DNA of 38,733 bases from Candidatus Brocadiia bacterium. Lineage in GTDB: Bacteria; Planctomycetota; Brocadiia; SM23-32. Each line of letters opens with the position of its first letter. The first letter of the stretch is position 1. The notes beneath the pieces are model-generated. The model worked only from the letters and a program-made list of their open reading frames with translations. It ran no database searches and was not told the DNA's origin. The stretch covers positions 1 through 38,733 of the forward strand of contig JBKHIT010000048.1 in NCBI GenBank assembly GCA_046538485.1, in the 5' to 3' direction. Both the position numbers and the translations under genes were made by a program. Shown one piece after another: positions 1 through 9,612 of this stretch.

Positions 1-317
1 CGCGCTGGCAGGGTACCACCATACATACGTTGATTTTTGTTGCGTACTGCGGCACGAGACATTTCCCGGAACCCCGGGATGTTGGCGGTACCGGACCGTG
101 GGATGTGCCGCGCGCCAGCGGCGCGCTGTGTCATTCCGGAAAACGTCGGATACCGCACACTTTCATTTTGGTGGTTCTGGGGTAAAAATCGGCGTGCTGC
201 GGTCCAACACAGTCCTCAGCGCCGCTGAGAGCACGTTTTTGGGGTAAATAGTTTTTTGCCCTATTCGCAAATGGCTGCACAGCTGATAGTTACAATCAAC
301 GCAAATGGGTCGGATTG

Positions 318-346
318 TGAACGGTGTTCAATAAAGATTCTACCCT
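318..346 (-). promoter_or_regulatory. Putative -10 box (TAGAAT, 337-342 minus) with adjacent palindrome TGAAC-N3-GTTCA (318-330), pointing off the left edge
   Basis: AGGGTAGAATCT on minus also occurs at 1981-1992 upstream of the lipoprotein gene; the palindrome overlaps the expected start site; no good -35. Confidence 0.35.
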
Positions 347-531
347 AACTGGGCAATAATGGCTTCCAATTATCCGTAAAATCCGGGCCAGGGGAGAAGG
401 TCGCAGGCAAGAGTGTACCGGTTAAGCCCGGAGATACCACTTCATCGGTCATCGCGATCCCATCGCGCGATGGGCGAAACAATCCTGCTGGGCTCCGTAG
501 CCCCGCGCGGAGGAGGCTCGTCGTTTTGTGG

Positions 532-554
532 TGGGCCTTCAGCCCATTTTTTTT
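532..554 (+). terminator. Possible intrinsic terminator
   Basis: TGGGC-CTTCA-GCCCA followed by T8; short stem, no upstream + strand gene in window. Confidence 0.4.
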
Positions 555-931
555 CAATGCATACCTTTACCCCAGGGCTCCGAGGGCCTGCGGCCCTTTC
601 AGGGCGTGCGATCGGCGATGGTCAGCTTTTTGCGAAAGAGCAAGCGTAGCGGAAAAGTCGCAGGCAAGACACTTGCGTTCTTAGATCCGGATTTTCAGGG
701 AGAAAGCTAAAGAGATTGCCCGCCGGATCTTTGGCCGTTGGTCGCTACCGATTATCACACCGCAAACTTCCTCCGATACAAAAAGCTCGCCGGGCGGGCA
801 TGTTTTGTCGCAATTTTCACTGCGTTTTTTGGCCCTGCTCCGGCGAGCTAAAAGTGTGTACCGTACCAACTTGCCGTCTTCAAGCTGGTGTTCTGGGTAA
901 ATTTTATACGTGTTTTATCGGGGCCACCCGA

Positions 932-1321
932 TCAGCTGTTGTTCAACAGATAAAGTCCGGCGTTGAGATATGTGGCAAAGAGAACCCATCCCAAATACGG
1001 CCACAGCAGAACAGAGGCCAGTCTGTGCGAGTTCCAGAACACAAAAATCATGGCCGCGAGCGTGATGTCGATCAGCGCGATATCGACCAGAGCCCACCCC
1101 GGGCTCTGTAGACCGAAGAAAATGCTTGTCCAGCTGAAATTCGCGGTCAGGTGGACGAGTATTAGACCGTAGACAGCATAGGGCCGATCCGCCCATGTCT
1201 CTCTGACATACAGGAAAAGCGACACGGCGATCATAGCATAGAGAATCGTCCAGACCGGGCCGAAAATCCAATCCGGGGGAGTAAGCGGCGGTCTCTCCAG
1301 TTCGGTGTGCCAGGTATTCAT
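932..1321 (-). CDS. tspO: TspO/MBR family tryptophan-rich sensory protein (short, 129 aa)
   Basis: LERPPLTPPDWIFGPVWTILY, NFSWTSIFFG, LLWPYLGWVLFATYLN motifs. Confidence 0.92.
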   Translation of the reverse strand: MNTWHTELERPPLTPPDWIFGPVWTILYAMIAVSLFLYVRETWADRPYAVYGLILVHLTANFSWTSIFFGLQSPGWALVDIALIDITLAAMIFVFWNSHRLASVLLWPYLGWVLFATYLNAGLYLLNNS

Positions 1322-1367
1322 CTATGGAAGTCCTTGAGTTCACAGTTCAATCAGCAGTCACTGTGAC

Positions 1368-1955
1368 TCAGGATTTGTCTCGTTTTCCCTTTTTTCTCGG
1401 CTCATCATCCCTGGCTATGTCCAGGCCGACAAAACCAAGAAGAAAATCGACGATTTCCAGTGGGTTGATGCCGGCCCGAGCGGAGACGATCCCCAGAGTG
1501 GCTCCGGCCTGCAGGTCTGTGGCCGTGTTGAAAGGAGACAGCCCGAGTTTCCCCTTGTCCAGTTTTCTTCTTTCGAATGGGAGCCAAAAACCGACCCTGT
1601 GAAACTTTTCCATACCTCCCGCACCTCCCTTTCTGGTTGTGTCAGCGATATAGGAGGCGAAAAACGGGTTCTCGGCGCCGAGCCTGTTCGCAACGATAAC
1701 GAGGGGGAATGCGCCCTCCATCTCCGACCATTGCCCCGAAATGTCTCTGTTCTCGTGTCCGACTCTGTAGGTGTAGGACATAAGGCCGAGGGAGGGGTGT
1801 GTGAGGTCGCCGATTTTGACATCGGCGCTCAACCCCAGGCCGACGCCAATCGAGAGGCGACCACAGTCTTTTAAATCAGCGATGCGATCACTGGCGCAGC
1901 CGGAGCCCAGCAACAGCAGCGCGAGAACAGCAATACCTTTCTTGATTCCGATCAT
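1368..1955 (-). CDS. Hypothetical lipoprotein
   Basis: Basic N-terminus, hydrophobic core, LLGSGC lipobox-like (Cys20); GAGG RBS upstream. Confidence 0.75.
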   Translation of the reverse strand: MIGIKKGIAVLALLLLGSGCASDRIADLKDCGRLSIGVGLGLSADVKIGDLTHPSLGLMSYTYRVGHENRDISGQWSEMEGAFPLVIVANRLGAENPFFASYIADTTRKGGAGGMEKFHRVGFWLPFERRKLDKGKLGLSPFNTATDLQAGATLGIVSARAGINPLEIVDFLLGFVGLDIARDDEPRKKGKRDKS

Positions 1956-2017
1956 TTTCGACCTCTATTGGCTATTATACAGATTCTACCCTTGTGTGGT
2001 GGCAAAAGGCCGGCTCG

Positions 2018-2467
2018 TTACTGGTCGGCGTTCATTGTCTTACTGGCGGTTTCGTAGGTGAATGTCCTGTACGATTTCCGCCGCCAGAAGGGCGACAGCA
2101 AAACGCCTGACCACGAAACATGATGAGGGCCATCGTCTTGGATAACACGGACTTTCTGACCGACAGGCATATCGCCTCTGAATTTGACGACCACCTGGAT
2201 TGTGCCTTCAAAAAGACCTTCAAGTAGAGCATGGAGGGTCAGGGGATTTTCTCGACCAAAGTGGATATGCCACACATCAGAGAACAATATGTTGTCGCTC
2301 CTGGAAACCGTAAGGCGAAAGTTACTGCGGGTTCCTCTAACGTCAAGATGGACAAAATCCCCCTCCTCGCAAATCGTGAGAGGATATTGCTCTTTCATTG
2401 TTGCCAGAACAGCTTGAATTTCGTCGCACATATTTCCTACTGCTAACAGGGGCTTTCTAACCTGCAT
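2018..2467 (-). CDS. Hypothetical protein (149 aa)
   Basis: ORF fills the gap in a run of minus-strand genes, protein-like composition, no motif recognised; start uncertain. Confidence 0.55.
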   Translation of the reverse strand: MQVRKPLLAVGNMCDEIQAVLATMKEQYPLTICEEGDFVHLDVRGTRSNFRLTVSRSDNILFSDVWHIHFGRENPLTLHALLEGLFEGTIQVVVKFRGDMPVGQKVRVIQDDGPHHVSWSGVLLSPFWRRKSYRTFTYETASKTMNADQ

Positions 2468-2646
2468 TAACTTTTACGCAAATACTACCTGTGGAGCGGC
2501 CTTCATTCAAGGGTTTCTCCGTGCCTTTTGGGCCAGTTTGCGGCACGCCGGACAATATGCCAGGGGCATCAGGGGGATTTCGGCGGCTGAAGGCAAACAC
2601 GAGGGGGGCATTATCTCAGTGCGTATTTGGTTTTCGCCTTGATGGC

Positions 2647-3675
2647 CTATCTGAACACACGCAGTCCGGGGATAGCCTGCTTCGACTCTTGCACGCTTTC
2701 CCTGGTGACTTTCGTATGTCGCAGGTGAAGCCACCGAAGATTCGACAGCTTCTGTCCTCTGTGTTCTTGCAACACTTCCGGTGTCCATGCACTTCTGATA
2801 ACGAGAGAGAATAGGACAATCCCTGCAAGGAGTGCTTTCCTCAGGAGCAGCGACCATCGGGGATTGCTGCGGGACAAGACCACGGGAGGGCCTTCTGCTG
2901 GTGGTTTTACCGGTTGACTCCGTTTCCTGAGATACAGGAGCAGGATCAGACCACACACTGCCATGGCAGCGTTGAAATACTGGTTGCGGCCGATCCCAAA
3001 CAGCTCAGCTCCGTGCTCCCGGAAACAGTCGCAGAAGATGCGAAGGAAGCCATACCAGAAGATGAAATGGGCGGTCATGTGACCCGTTCCCGCGCGAGAG
3101 CGTCGCATCACCAGGAGCAGTATCGGAAGCAGGAGAAGATTTTTTGCGGATTCATACAGTGTGACCGGGTGACGAAACCCCTCGATGCCAGGAAATCTCA
3201 CTCCCCACCACAAGTCCGTTGGTGTACCAACGATTTGGCCATTGACAAAATTTCCCAATCGGCCGAGTGCAAGCAGGAAAGCGCCCGGGACAACAATCTC
3301 ATCCGAAATACGGAGGAAGGTGTTCTGCTGACGACGTGAGAATGTCCAGACTGCAATTACTCCGCCCAGCAAAACTCCATGTGACGCCATGCCGCCCTGC
3401 CAGTAACTGAACAGCTCTGGCAGATGGTTGCGGTAGTAGTCCCAATGGTAGATCAGAATGGCAAACAGACGTCCGCCCACAAGAACTGCCAAGCTGCATA
3501 GAATGGTGAAGTCATAGATATCCTCCACCCTCCAGCCGAGCGCCTGCCGCCGCCATCGAAACCAGCCGAAAACCCCGAGGAATCCCAGCGCGTAGGCCAG
3601 ACCGTAGTAATAGCAATTGATACCTCCCACGCGCAACAGCACCGGATCTATTGTATGAATGAAACCGTGGTCCAT
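2647..3675 (-). CDS. lgt: Prolipoprotein diacylglyceryl transferase with C-terminal extension
   Basis: IDPV...YYGLAY, GGRL, WQGGMASHG, LGRLGNFVNG, RHPVTLYE, YGFLR motifs. Confidence 0.92.
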   Translation of the reverse strand: MDHGFIHTIDPVLLRVGGINCYYYGLAYALGFLGVFGWFRWRRQALGWRVEDIYDFTILCSLAVLVGGRLFAILIYHWDYYRNHLPELFSYWQGGMASHGVLLGGVIAVWTFSRRQQNTFLRISDEIVVPGAFLLALGRLGNFVNGQIVGTPTDLWWGVRFPGIEGFRHPVTLYESAKNLLLLPILLLVMRRSRAGTGHMTAHFIFWYGFLRIFCDCFREHGAELFGIGRNQYFNAAMAVCGLILLLYLRKRSQPVKPPAEGPPVVLSRSNPRWSLLLRKALLAGIVLFSLVIRSAWTPEVLQEHRGQKLSNLRWLHLRHTKVTRESVQESKQAIPGLRVFR

Positions 3676-3701
3676 TGGTTCACCCCATAGCGCTCACGAA
3701 A

Positions 3702-3730
3702 ATTCTACTTCGGTCGACAGGCAAAATCAA
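3702..3730 (-). promoter_or_regulatory. Sigma70-type promoter for lgt
   Basis: Minus strand TTGATT-N17-TAGAAT about 27 nt upstream of the ATG. Confidence 0.5.
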
Positions 3731-4110
3731 GATCCGGGCCAAAAAACAGCGCATAAAATCTGACAACTTGAAATCACTGATCAGCAACAAGGCGAACGCT
3801 ACGTTAAGAGACGATGGGATTTAACGGCTTTTTCAAAAGGAAGATACAGACATCCTCCGGGATGGTAGCACTGGCGGGAAATGGTGAACACTTCTTGTTG
3901 TTGTAAAATATTACGATCACACAACATGCGCTGTTTTACATGGCCTGGATCCGTGCGATCTTCGACTGCTCTGCCCGGAGGTCGGGGTTTGCACTGAAAG
4001 ACTATTTTGCTGATTTGTTCAACTGGGTCCAGCGGACAAACTCGACGGGTTTGGTGAACGAAGTTTTGTCGGACGGGACTTCCACTGTTGTAACTCGCAT
4101 GGTGTGCGGA

Positions 4111-4560
4111 TCACTGTGTTTCAGACCCCATCCCCTTCTTGCCGAGCCAGAGACGTATTCTCTCGTCGATTTGGTCACGAATTTCCCGGAATTTGCCCAG
4201 CTTGTCCTAATCCGGGCCCTTATACTGTGAGGGATCCTCGAAAGGCCATATCAATCGCTGCCTTACGCCCGGCCAGCTTACGGGACATCGTTCGGCTGTT
4301 TGCCCCCACAAGATAATGACATAACCTGTGGCCACGGATACCAGATAATTTTCCATATCAGTCGGTTCCTGTCCCTTCATCCCGATCCCCTTCTCTTCCA
4401 TGACGCGGCGCGCCAGCGGGTGAATCTGCTCCGCCGGTTCCATTCCCGCGCTGTGCACTTCAAAAAACTCATCCCCGTAATGACGCAGCAGCGCCTCCGC
4501 CATCTGGCTGAGACAGGAGTTATTAGCGCACAAAAACAGGCCCCGTAGTTTGCCGTTAAT
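4111..4560 (-). pseudogene. arsC: Thioredoxin-type arsenate reductase (LMW-PTP fold) pseudogene
   Basis: Frame reads INGKLRGLFLCANNSCLSQMAE...SAG...WPFEDP...GPD*DKLGKFREIRDQIDERIRLWL; ATT where ATG is expected after an AAGGAA RBS; CX5R Arg replaced by Leu; internal TAG at 4207-4209. Confidence 0.85.
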
Positions 4561-4762
4561 CGAGCAGATTCCTTCAAAAATGCCGAGAAAGGAAGCGATT
4601 CTAAACGAAATGTATAAATATTGTATGAGCCTGGAACTAGAGGTGTGTCAGCCGGGCTACAGGGGAGTGGCCTCGTTATGCGCATCGGCGCGGAGGGGTA
4701 TTTGGACGGATTCTGTTGAAAGCAAGGTTACTGATGGCATGTCGCTCGGCGTTCAATAGAAT

Positions 4763-4790
4763 TTGCATCGGGGTCGGGAATAACTATATT
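4763..4790 (+). promoter_or_regulatory. Sigma70-type promoter
   Basis: TTGCAT-N16-TATATT, flanked by inverted repeat GTTCAATA/TATTGAAC (4751-4758, 4787-4794). Confidence 0.4.
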
Positions 4791-4859
4791 GAACAGTGAG
4801 TTAAGAACCCGGTGGCGATGGAAATGAGCATTTGATGGGCAAATAAGGTGGATTTGAGC

Positions 4860-5644
4860 ATGAGAAAAGTGCTAAAGACAGCGGGCAGGGCCTTTTTGTT
4901 CTTCGAAGCGGGAATAACAAGCTGTATTCCATGGTTTCGGGTTCTGCTGCGTGCCATACCTCTCCTCACGGCGGGATATGTACTGGGTCAGGAGGCAGAA
5001 GAAAGTCGCTTTGCTACAGGGGCCCTTTTGGTGTTGAGGAATCGCGCCAACCAGCCGAATTACGAACGTCCCAAGAGAAAAGCCGAAGCATTTGATTCGA
5101 GAGTTTATCTCGACGAGAACAACGGCGCCAGTGGGTATCTGAAGGCAATCCGAGAAGTTAGGAAGGGGGATGCGGGTTCTGACCGAAGCGTGCGGGAAAT
5201 TATGAAAGATTCGGGTGACAGCGCACTGGTCCAATGGCTCCAGGAGAACCGGGAGCCCATCGAATATGCCTTTGAAGCATCAAACTGCACGGAGTGCCAG
5301 TTCCCGATCCAACCCACCGAGGATCTTGTGAATGAGCTGAGACCGCTGATCCGGGCGCTACGGGCCAACGCAGCGGTTCTTGTAGCTAAGGATAACTTCG
5401 GCCGGGCAGCGATCCTTTCGGGGAGAAGCCGCTTAAGATGCTGAAGAAAGAAGATCATCTTATCATTTATTCAGTGGGGCCAGATGGGGAGGATGATAGG
5501 GGACTCGGCAGTTTCTATGAAGAAGCATTCAGTGCCTTACGTTCGTCGGATGATATTCCGCTTGTGTATCCGGGGGCAGAATCTGACGTTAAAGCCGGGG
5601 CCGCACCGGCTGTTGAGAAGGATTCTTTCCACGAAGTTCATTAG
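4860..5644 (+). pseudogene. Probable internally deleted, frameshifted exported protein (DPF...YSVGPDGxDDxG C-terminal type)
   Basis: First frame 4860-5444 (ENNGASGYLKA, WLQEN...ECQFP, LRPLIRAL); second frame from 5411 reads DPFGEKPLKM...IIYSVGPDGEDDRG...DDI. Confidence 0.55.
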
Positions 5645-5864
5645 GAAACGAAATCGGGGCGACCAGCCGATACAGGCGGACAAAGCCAGCCGCCGAGGAA
5701 GCCGCTGGAATCCAGCTCAGTATTTTCAGACAAAGCCTGATCCTGCTGGCGGGGATTCTGTACAATGATGGGTGCTGAGCATTTGCGCATCGCTGGGTGC
5801 GCCTTTATGATGCTGTCTTTTACGGCAAATTGTTTCACTCACGCGACGTTCGAAAGGACCCAAG

Positions 5865-6884
5865 ATGGTTGAACATTTGAAAACACTGCTGGTTGGTTGC
5901 GGCGGGATGGCGGGGGCATGGCTCGATGTGGCAAGCAAAGACGAAGATCTTGAAATCGCGGGGCTGATGGATATCCGGCTGGAGGCGGCCGAAAAACGGC
6001 AGGAGGATTTTGAACTGCCCGAAGCGGCCACGTTCGACGATCTGGAGGAGGCACTGGAGGCGGTGGAACCGGATGTCGTCTTCGATTGTACGGTCCCCGA
6101 GGCACATTACGAGGTGACGATGAGATCCCTCCAGGCGGGTTGTCACGTGATGGGCGAGAAACCCCTGGCGGATTCCATGGCACACGGCCGGGAAATGGTG
6201 CAGGCGGCACAGGACGCGGACCGTATCTTTGCTGTGATGCAAAATCGGCGTTACCTGCCCACGGCACCGGCGATGGCCGGATTGGTCCAGGGCGGGCAGC
6301 TTGGCAAAATCACCACGGCGAATGTCGATTTCTACATCGGGGCTCATTTCAGCGGTTTCCGTGTTGAGATGGACCATCCGTTGTTGCTCGATATGGCCAT
6401 TCATACGTTCGATCAGGCCCGACAGTTCATCGGGGCCGATCCGGTTTCGGTCTACTGCGAAACATTTAATCCGGAAGGGTCCTGGTATAAAGCCAATGCG
6501 TCGGCGATGTGCGTTTTTCGGATGACAGATGACATTGTTTTCAATTACAGGGGTTCGTGGTGCTCGGAAGGTTTCAACACCCCCTGGGCCGGGAGCTGGC
6601 GGGTCGTGGGAGAGAAAGGTACGGCGTTGTGGGCCGAAGATACTCCTCGCGCGGAAGTCGTCGAAGAAGAAGAAGGTTTCATGCGGGAGATGGTTCAGAT
6701 AACCTCGGACGAATCCGCTCTGGAAGTGACCGGTCACGAGGCCTGTATCAACGAATTCCTGCAGTGTGTGCGTGAGGGGGGCTGTCCCCAGACGGATTCT
6801 GAGGATAATATCAAGAGCCTGGCAATGGTCTTCGGGGCGATCGAAAGCAGCGCCAAAGGCGAGCCGGTGGAGATTGAAGTGTAA
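5865..6884 (+). CDS. Gfo/Idh/MocA family oxidoreductase
   Basis: VGCGGM Rossmann start, HVMGEKPLA, QNRRY, LLDMAIHTFD; AAGGA RBS. Confidence 0.93.
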   Translation: MVEHLKTLLVGCGGMAGAWLDVASKDEDLEIAGLMDIRLEAAEKRQEDFELPEAATFDDLEEALEAVEPDVVFDCTVPEAHYEVTMRSLQAGCHVMGEKPLADSMAHGREMVQAAQDADRIFAVMQNRRYLPTAPAMAGLVQGGQLGKITTANVDFYIGAHFSGFRVEMDHPLLLDMAIHTFDQARQFIGADPVSVYCETFNPEGSWYKANASAMCVFRMTDDIVFNYRGSWCSEGFNTPWAGSWRVVGEKGTALWAEDTPRAEVVEEEEGFMREMVQITSDESALEVTGHEACINEFLQCVREGGCPQTDSEDNIKSLAMVFGAIESSAKGEPVEIEV

Positions 6885-7004
6885 GGTTTTTCTGCGGATT
6901 TCGCGTCTGCGAAGCGGAAGGGTTACAAGCCTGAATCGTACGGATCCAAGCCATATTAAACGGTGCATGCCGGTAAGAATTTAGACCGAAGATCCAGCTA
7001 CACG

Positions 7005-7106
7005 GTCATTGCGAGTTCATCGAAGATGGCCGAAGCAATCTCGTCGTTCTTTTGGCCCGATACCGAGATTGCTGCGGCACCCCGGGGGGGGATGTCTCGC
7101 AATGAC
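7005..7106. repeat. REP/RPE-like nested palindromic element
   Basis: GTCATTGCGAG (7005-7015) / CTCGCAATGAC (7096-7106) enclose AGCAATCTCG (7034-7043) / CGAGATTGCT (7064-7073); lies between convergent genes. Confidence 0.75.
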
Positions 7107-7158
7107 ATATAGGCATGGGGACTGAGGGTAAAGAAGGCTAAACAAACAGGCATCCCGT

Positions 7159-9333
7159 TCAATGCGGCGTTTCTTTGAATATTTTGGGGAAGGCCCTTTC
7201 CAGTTCTTCCACTCTCTCTTCCCGATTGTTGTCCTGGAAGTAACGTCTGAGATTTGCGGCGACGGCCTTATGCGTTTTTGAGTTGCCGAACCGGTTGATA
7301 TCTGCGAGGAGTTTTTCCAGGTGATCCGAGAAATCGAGATCTGCGAGCAAGACCGCCGCAAGTGCGGCTCGTCGAGGGTGGTCGAAACCGTCGGCGTCGC
7401 GAAGTTGCCTGAGCAGTAGTTGAGCTGCTTCCCGGCGGTCAATTTTGGCCAGATTGACATAGGCGTCCGTTCGTTCGGGATGTTTGCGGATGAAGGCGGT
7501 AAGATGCTGCCGGGCCTTTTCAGCGTTTCCTGTCGCGAGGTAGCACTCGCCGAGCACGCGGTCAGTTTCTAGCGCGCCGGGGGTCCATCGATCGACGATG
7601 CGGTAGTGGGCAAGCGCGTGTCTGCACATTCCCAGACTTTTGTAAATCGCCCCTAAGTGGTAGTGTCGTCGGCTGGCTTCAACGGGACGCACGAGGCGCG
7701 GTTCGGCACGGCGGACCACTTTTTCGGTCTCTTGAAGGGTCTTGTGGAGTCGGGGGAACCCAGGATGCTCGTCGTAAGGTCGTTTCATGCGATCGAGCGC
7801 TTTCTTGATCCCTTCCGTGTAAGCACGGACTCGGCTCACCTCGCACATGCTTCGATAACTCCCGTAACCCCACTGCCACCAGGCCCAGCCGATGACAAGG
7901 ATAGCAGCAGTTCCGAGTATCCAACGGCTTTTTTGATTCCGGGAACGGACTTCCTCTCTACGGCGCTCAGGGTGGGTCGTTGCGGCAAGAATGCCGAGGA
8001 GGAGCCAGAAGGGGAGGGCGAAGTCCCACGTGTAAAGGCTTTTGCCGAACGATGCCTGGACCAGGAACGAAAGCAGGCTACTCCAGAGAGCAAAGCCAAA
8101 GAGCTGTCGGTCGAAACTTTGGCGGCTCAGGTAACGATAACTTTTCCATAGGACGTAGGCGGGGATGGCGAGATAAATGAGCAGACCAAATATCCCCAAT
8201 TCCAACCATACTCTGAGATATTCGTTGTGCGGGTGCACCGTCCAGGTGTTGCGCATGTATTGGGATTCCCGGGCGCCGGGCAGTTCGTAACGATAATACT
8301 CAGAGGCAAAACCGCCGAGCCCCCGTCCCATCATTGGTTTCTCAACGACCATGTCGAATGCACTACTCCAGATGACGACCCGTGCCCAGGCGGTCGTCCT
8401 GGGTTGAAGAACTTTTTCAAAGGCCTTTTCTCTGGTGAAAGGGGCACGGAATAGAAGGACCATTCCACCTAGCGCCAGAACCACAAATCCCGAGGCCACA
8501 AGCTCTTTCCGGGGAATGGGTAAGAGGCAAAGAAGATACGCCCCCGCAGCGATACATGCCCCAATATAGCCCGCGAGGGAGTCGGAGATAACAAAGATGA
8601 AAACGGGGGCCAGGATGGCCAGTACGAGCAGGGAAAAGGTGAGAACTGTTTTCTGAACGCCAGAGCTCTTTTCGCGGCCTTGCGATTTTTTGCGCAGGTG
8701 GTTAATTGCCACGCCCATGGTGATCAAGCACGCGCAGACAACGATACTGGGAGCAAAATTGACGTTGCCATACATGAAAGGGCGCTTGCGAAATATTGCT
8801 ACCAGCCTGGGCGAACCGGTGCCTGCAAGCCAGGAACGCAAAACATGCTGCGACTGGATTATAGCGGCCAGAATCGCCGATCCGGCAAAAACAGTTGCGG
8901 GCAATTTGAGGGATTTGTTTTTGCGGAAAGCCATGTATGCGGCGGTGCAGATGGCGAAGAAAGTTGTCTCACGAATGAGGTACGCACGAGCGCCATAGGG
9001 CCAGACAGAACGCAAGCTTCCCAGGGCAACCCAGATGATGTAGATCAGGAGAAGGGCGGGAAAGATGGGTACGGTTTTCAATTTGTCTCGCCAGTTTGTC
9101 CACGATAGAACAGGGCGCCGGATACTAAAAGCTGAGGCGATGCAGGCTATGGTGAGGAAAATCTGCACGCCGAAATATTTGAAATAACTGGGATGATAAG
9201 GCTGCCATTTGAGCGGAAGATGTTCGCCGTAGCCCAGCAGAGCGGCCGGAATGCAGGCAATAACGGCCCATCGGGCGATTTGCCCGGGCCAATCGGGTTT
9301 TGTTGCTGATATTCCCGGGGTGGAGGCGTTCAC
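7159..9333 (-). CDS. O-antigen ligase-like (Wzy_C) membrane protein with C-terminal TPR-like region
   Basis: Many TM segments, GNVN, ARVVIWSSAFDM...GRGLGGF, HPHNEYL...ELGIFG; TPR-like LGAIY/LGECY helices; GTG start after AGGA. Confidence 0.85.
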   Translation of the reverse strand: MNASTPGISATKPDWPGQIARWAVIACIPAALLGYGEHLPLKWQPYHPSYFKYFGVQIFLTIACIASAFSIRRPVLSWTNWRDKLKTVPIFPALLLIYIIWVALGSLRSVWPYGARAYLIRETTFFAICTAAYMAFRKNKSLKLPATVFAGSAILAAIIQSQHVLRSWLAGTGSPRLVAIFRKRPFMYGNVNFAPSIVVCACLITMGVAINHLRKKSQGREKSSGVQKTVLTFSLLVLAILAPVFIFVISDSLAGYIGACIAAGAYLLCLLPIPRKELVASGFVVLALGGMVLLFRAPFTREKAFEKVLQPRTTAWARVVIWSSAFDMVVEKPMMGRGLGGFASEYYRYELPGARESQYMRNTWTVHPHNEYLRVWLELGIFGLLIYLAIPAYVLWKSYRYLSRQSFDRQLFGFALWSSLLSFLVQASFGKSLYTWDFALPFWLLLGILAATTHPERRREEVRSRNQKSRWILGTAAILVIGWAWWQWGYGSYRSMCEVSRVRAYTEGIKKALDRMKRPYDEHPGFPRLHKTLQETEKVVRRAEPRLVRPVEASRRHYHLGAIYKSLGMCRHALAHYRIVDRWTPGALETDRVLGECYLATGNAEKARQHLTAFIRKHPERTDAYVNLAKIDRREAAQLLLRQLRDADGFDHPRRAALAAVLLADLDFSDHLEKLLADINRFGNSKTHKAVAANLRRYFQDNNREERVEELERAFPKIFKETPH

Positions 9334-9612
9334 GTTCCTGTCTTTTCCTCAAAAGTTCAGTTCTCAGCCGATAAGTATTGCTGAAAAAACGGGGAAACCG
9401 CATGCCCTACACTATAGAGCATAACGCCCCGGTGGCTCCAATGCCGTTTTCTGCTACAAGTGCTTGAGGGACGGAAGGGACCTGGCGGCGGGATATGCAC
9501 AATTGTTTTTCTGAAAGGTTGCCGTCTTGAATGTCCCTGGTGGCTATAACCCGTCTGAAAGTCCAGCTAAATGCATGAAGTCGCAGGTTGAATAGGAAGG
9601 GCCCGGAAGCGT

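Noticed and set aside
1..930. CRISPR array/leader or replication origin
   Set aside because: No regularly spaced repeats and no cluster of DnaA boxes; the 13-bp repeat occurs only twice
4207..4209. Pyrrolysine or amber read-through in arsC
   Set aside because: The gene has other inactivating changes and TAG ends ordinary genes here (e.g. DUF981)
3940..4230. 96-aa plus-strand ORF
   Set aside because: Overlaps the arsC pseudogene tail antisense, no RBS or motif
5835..6968. 377-aa minus ORF and other long antisense ORFs (28366-29583, 30391-31197, 34414-35868, 24643-25302)
   Set aside because: Shadows of well-supported genes on the opposite strand with no motifs of their own
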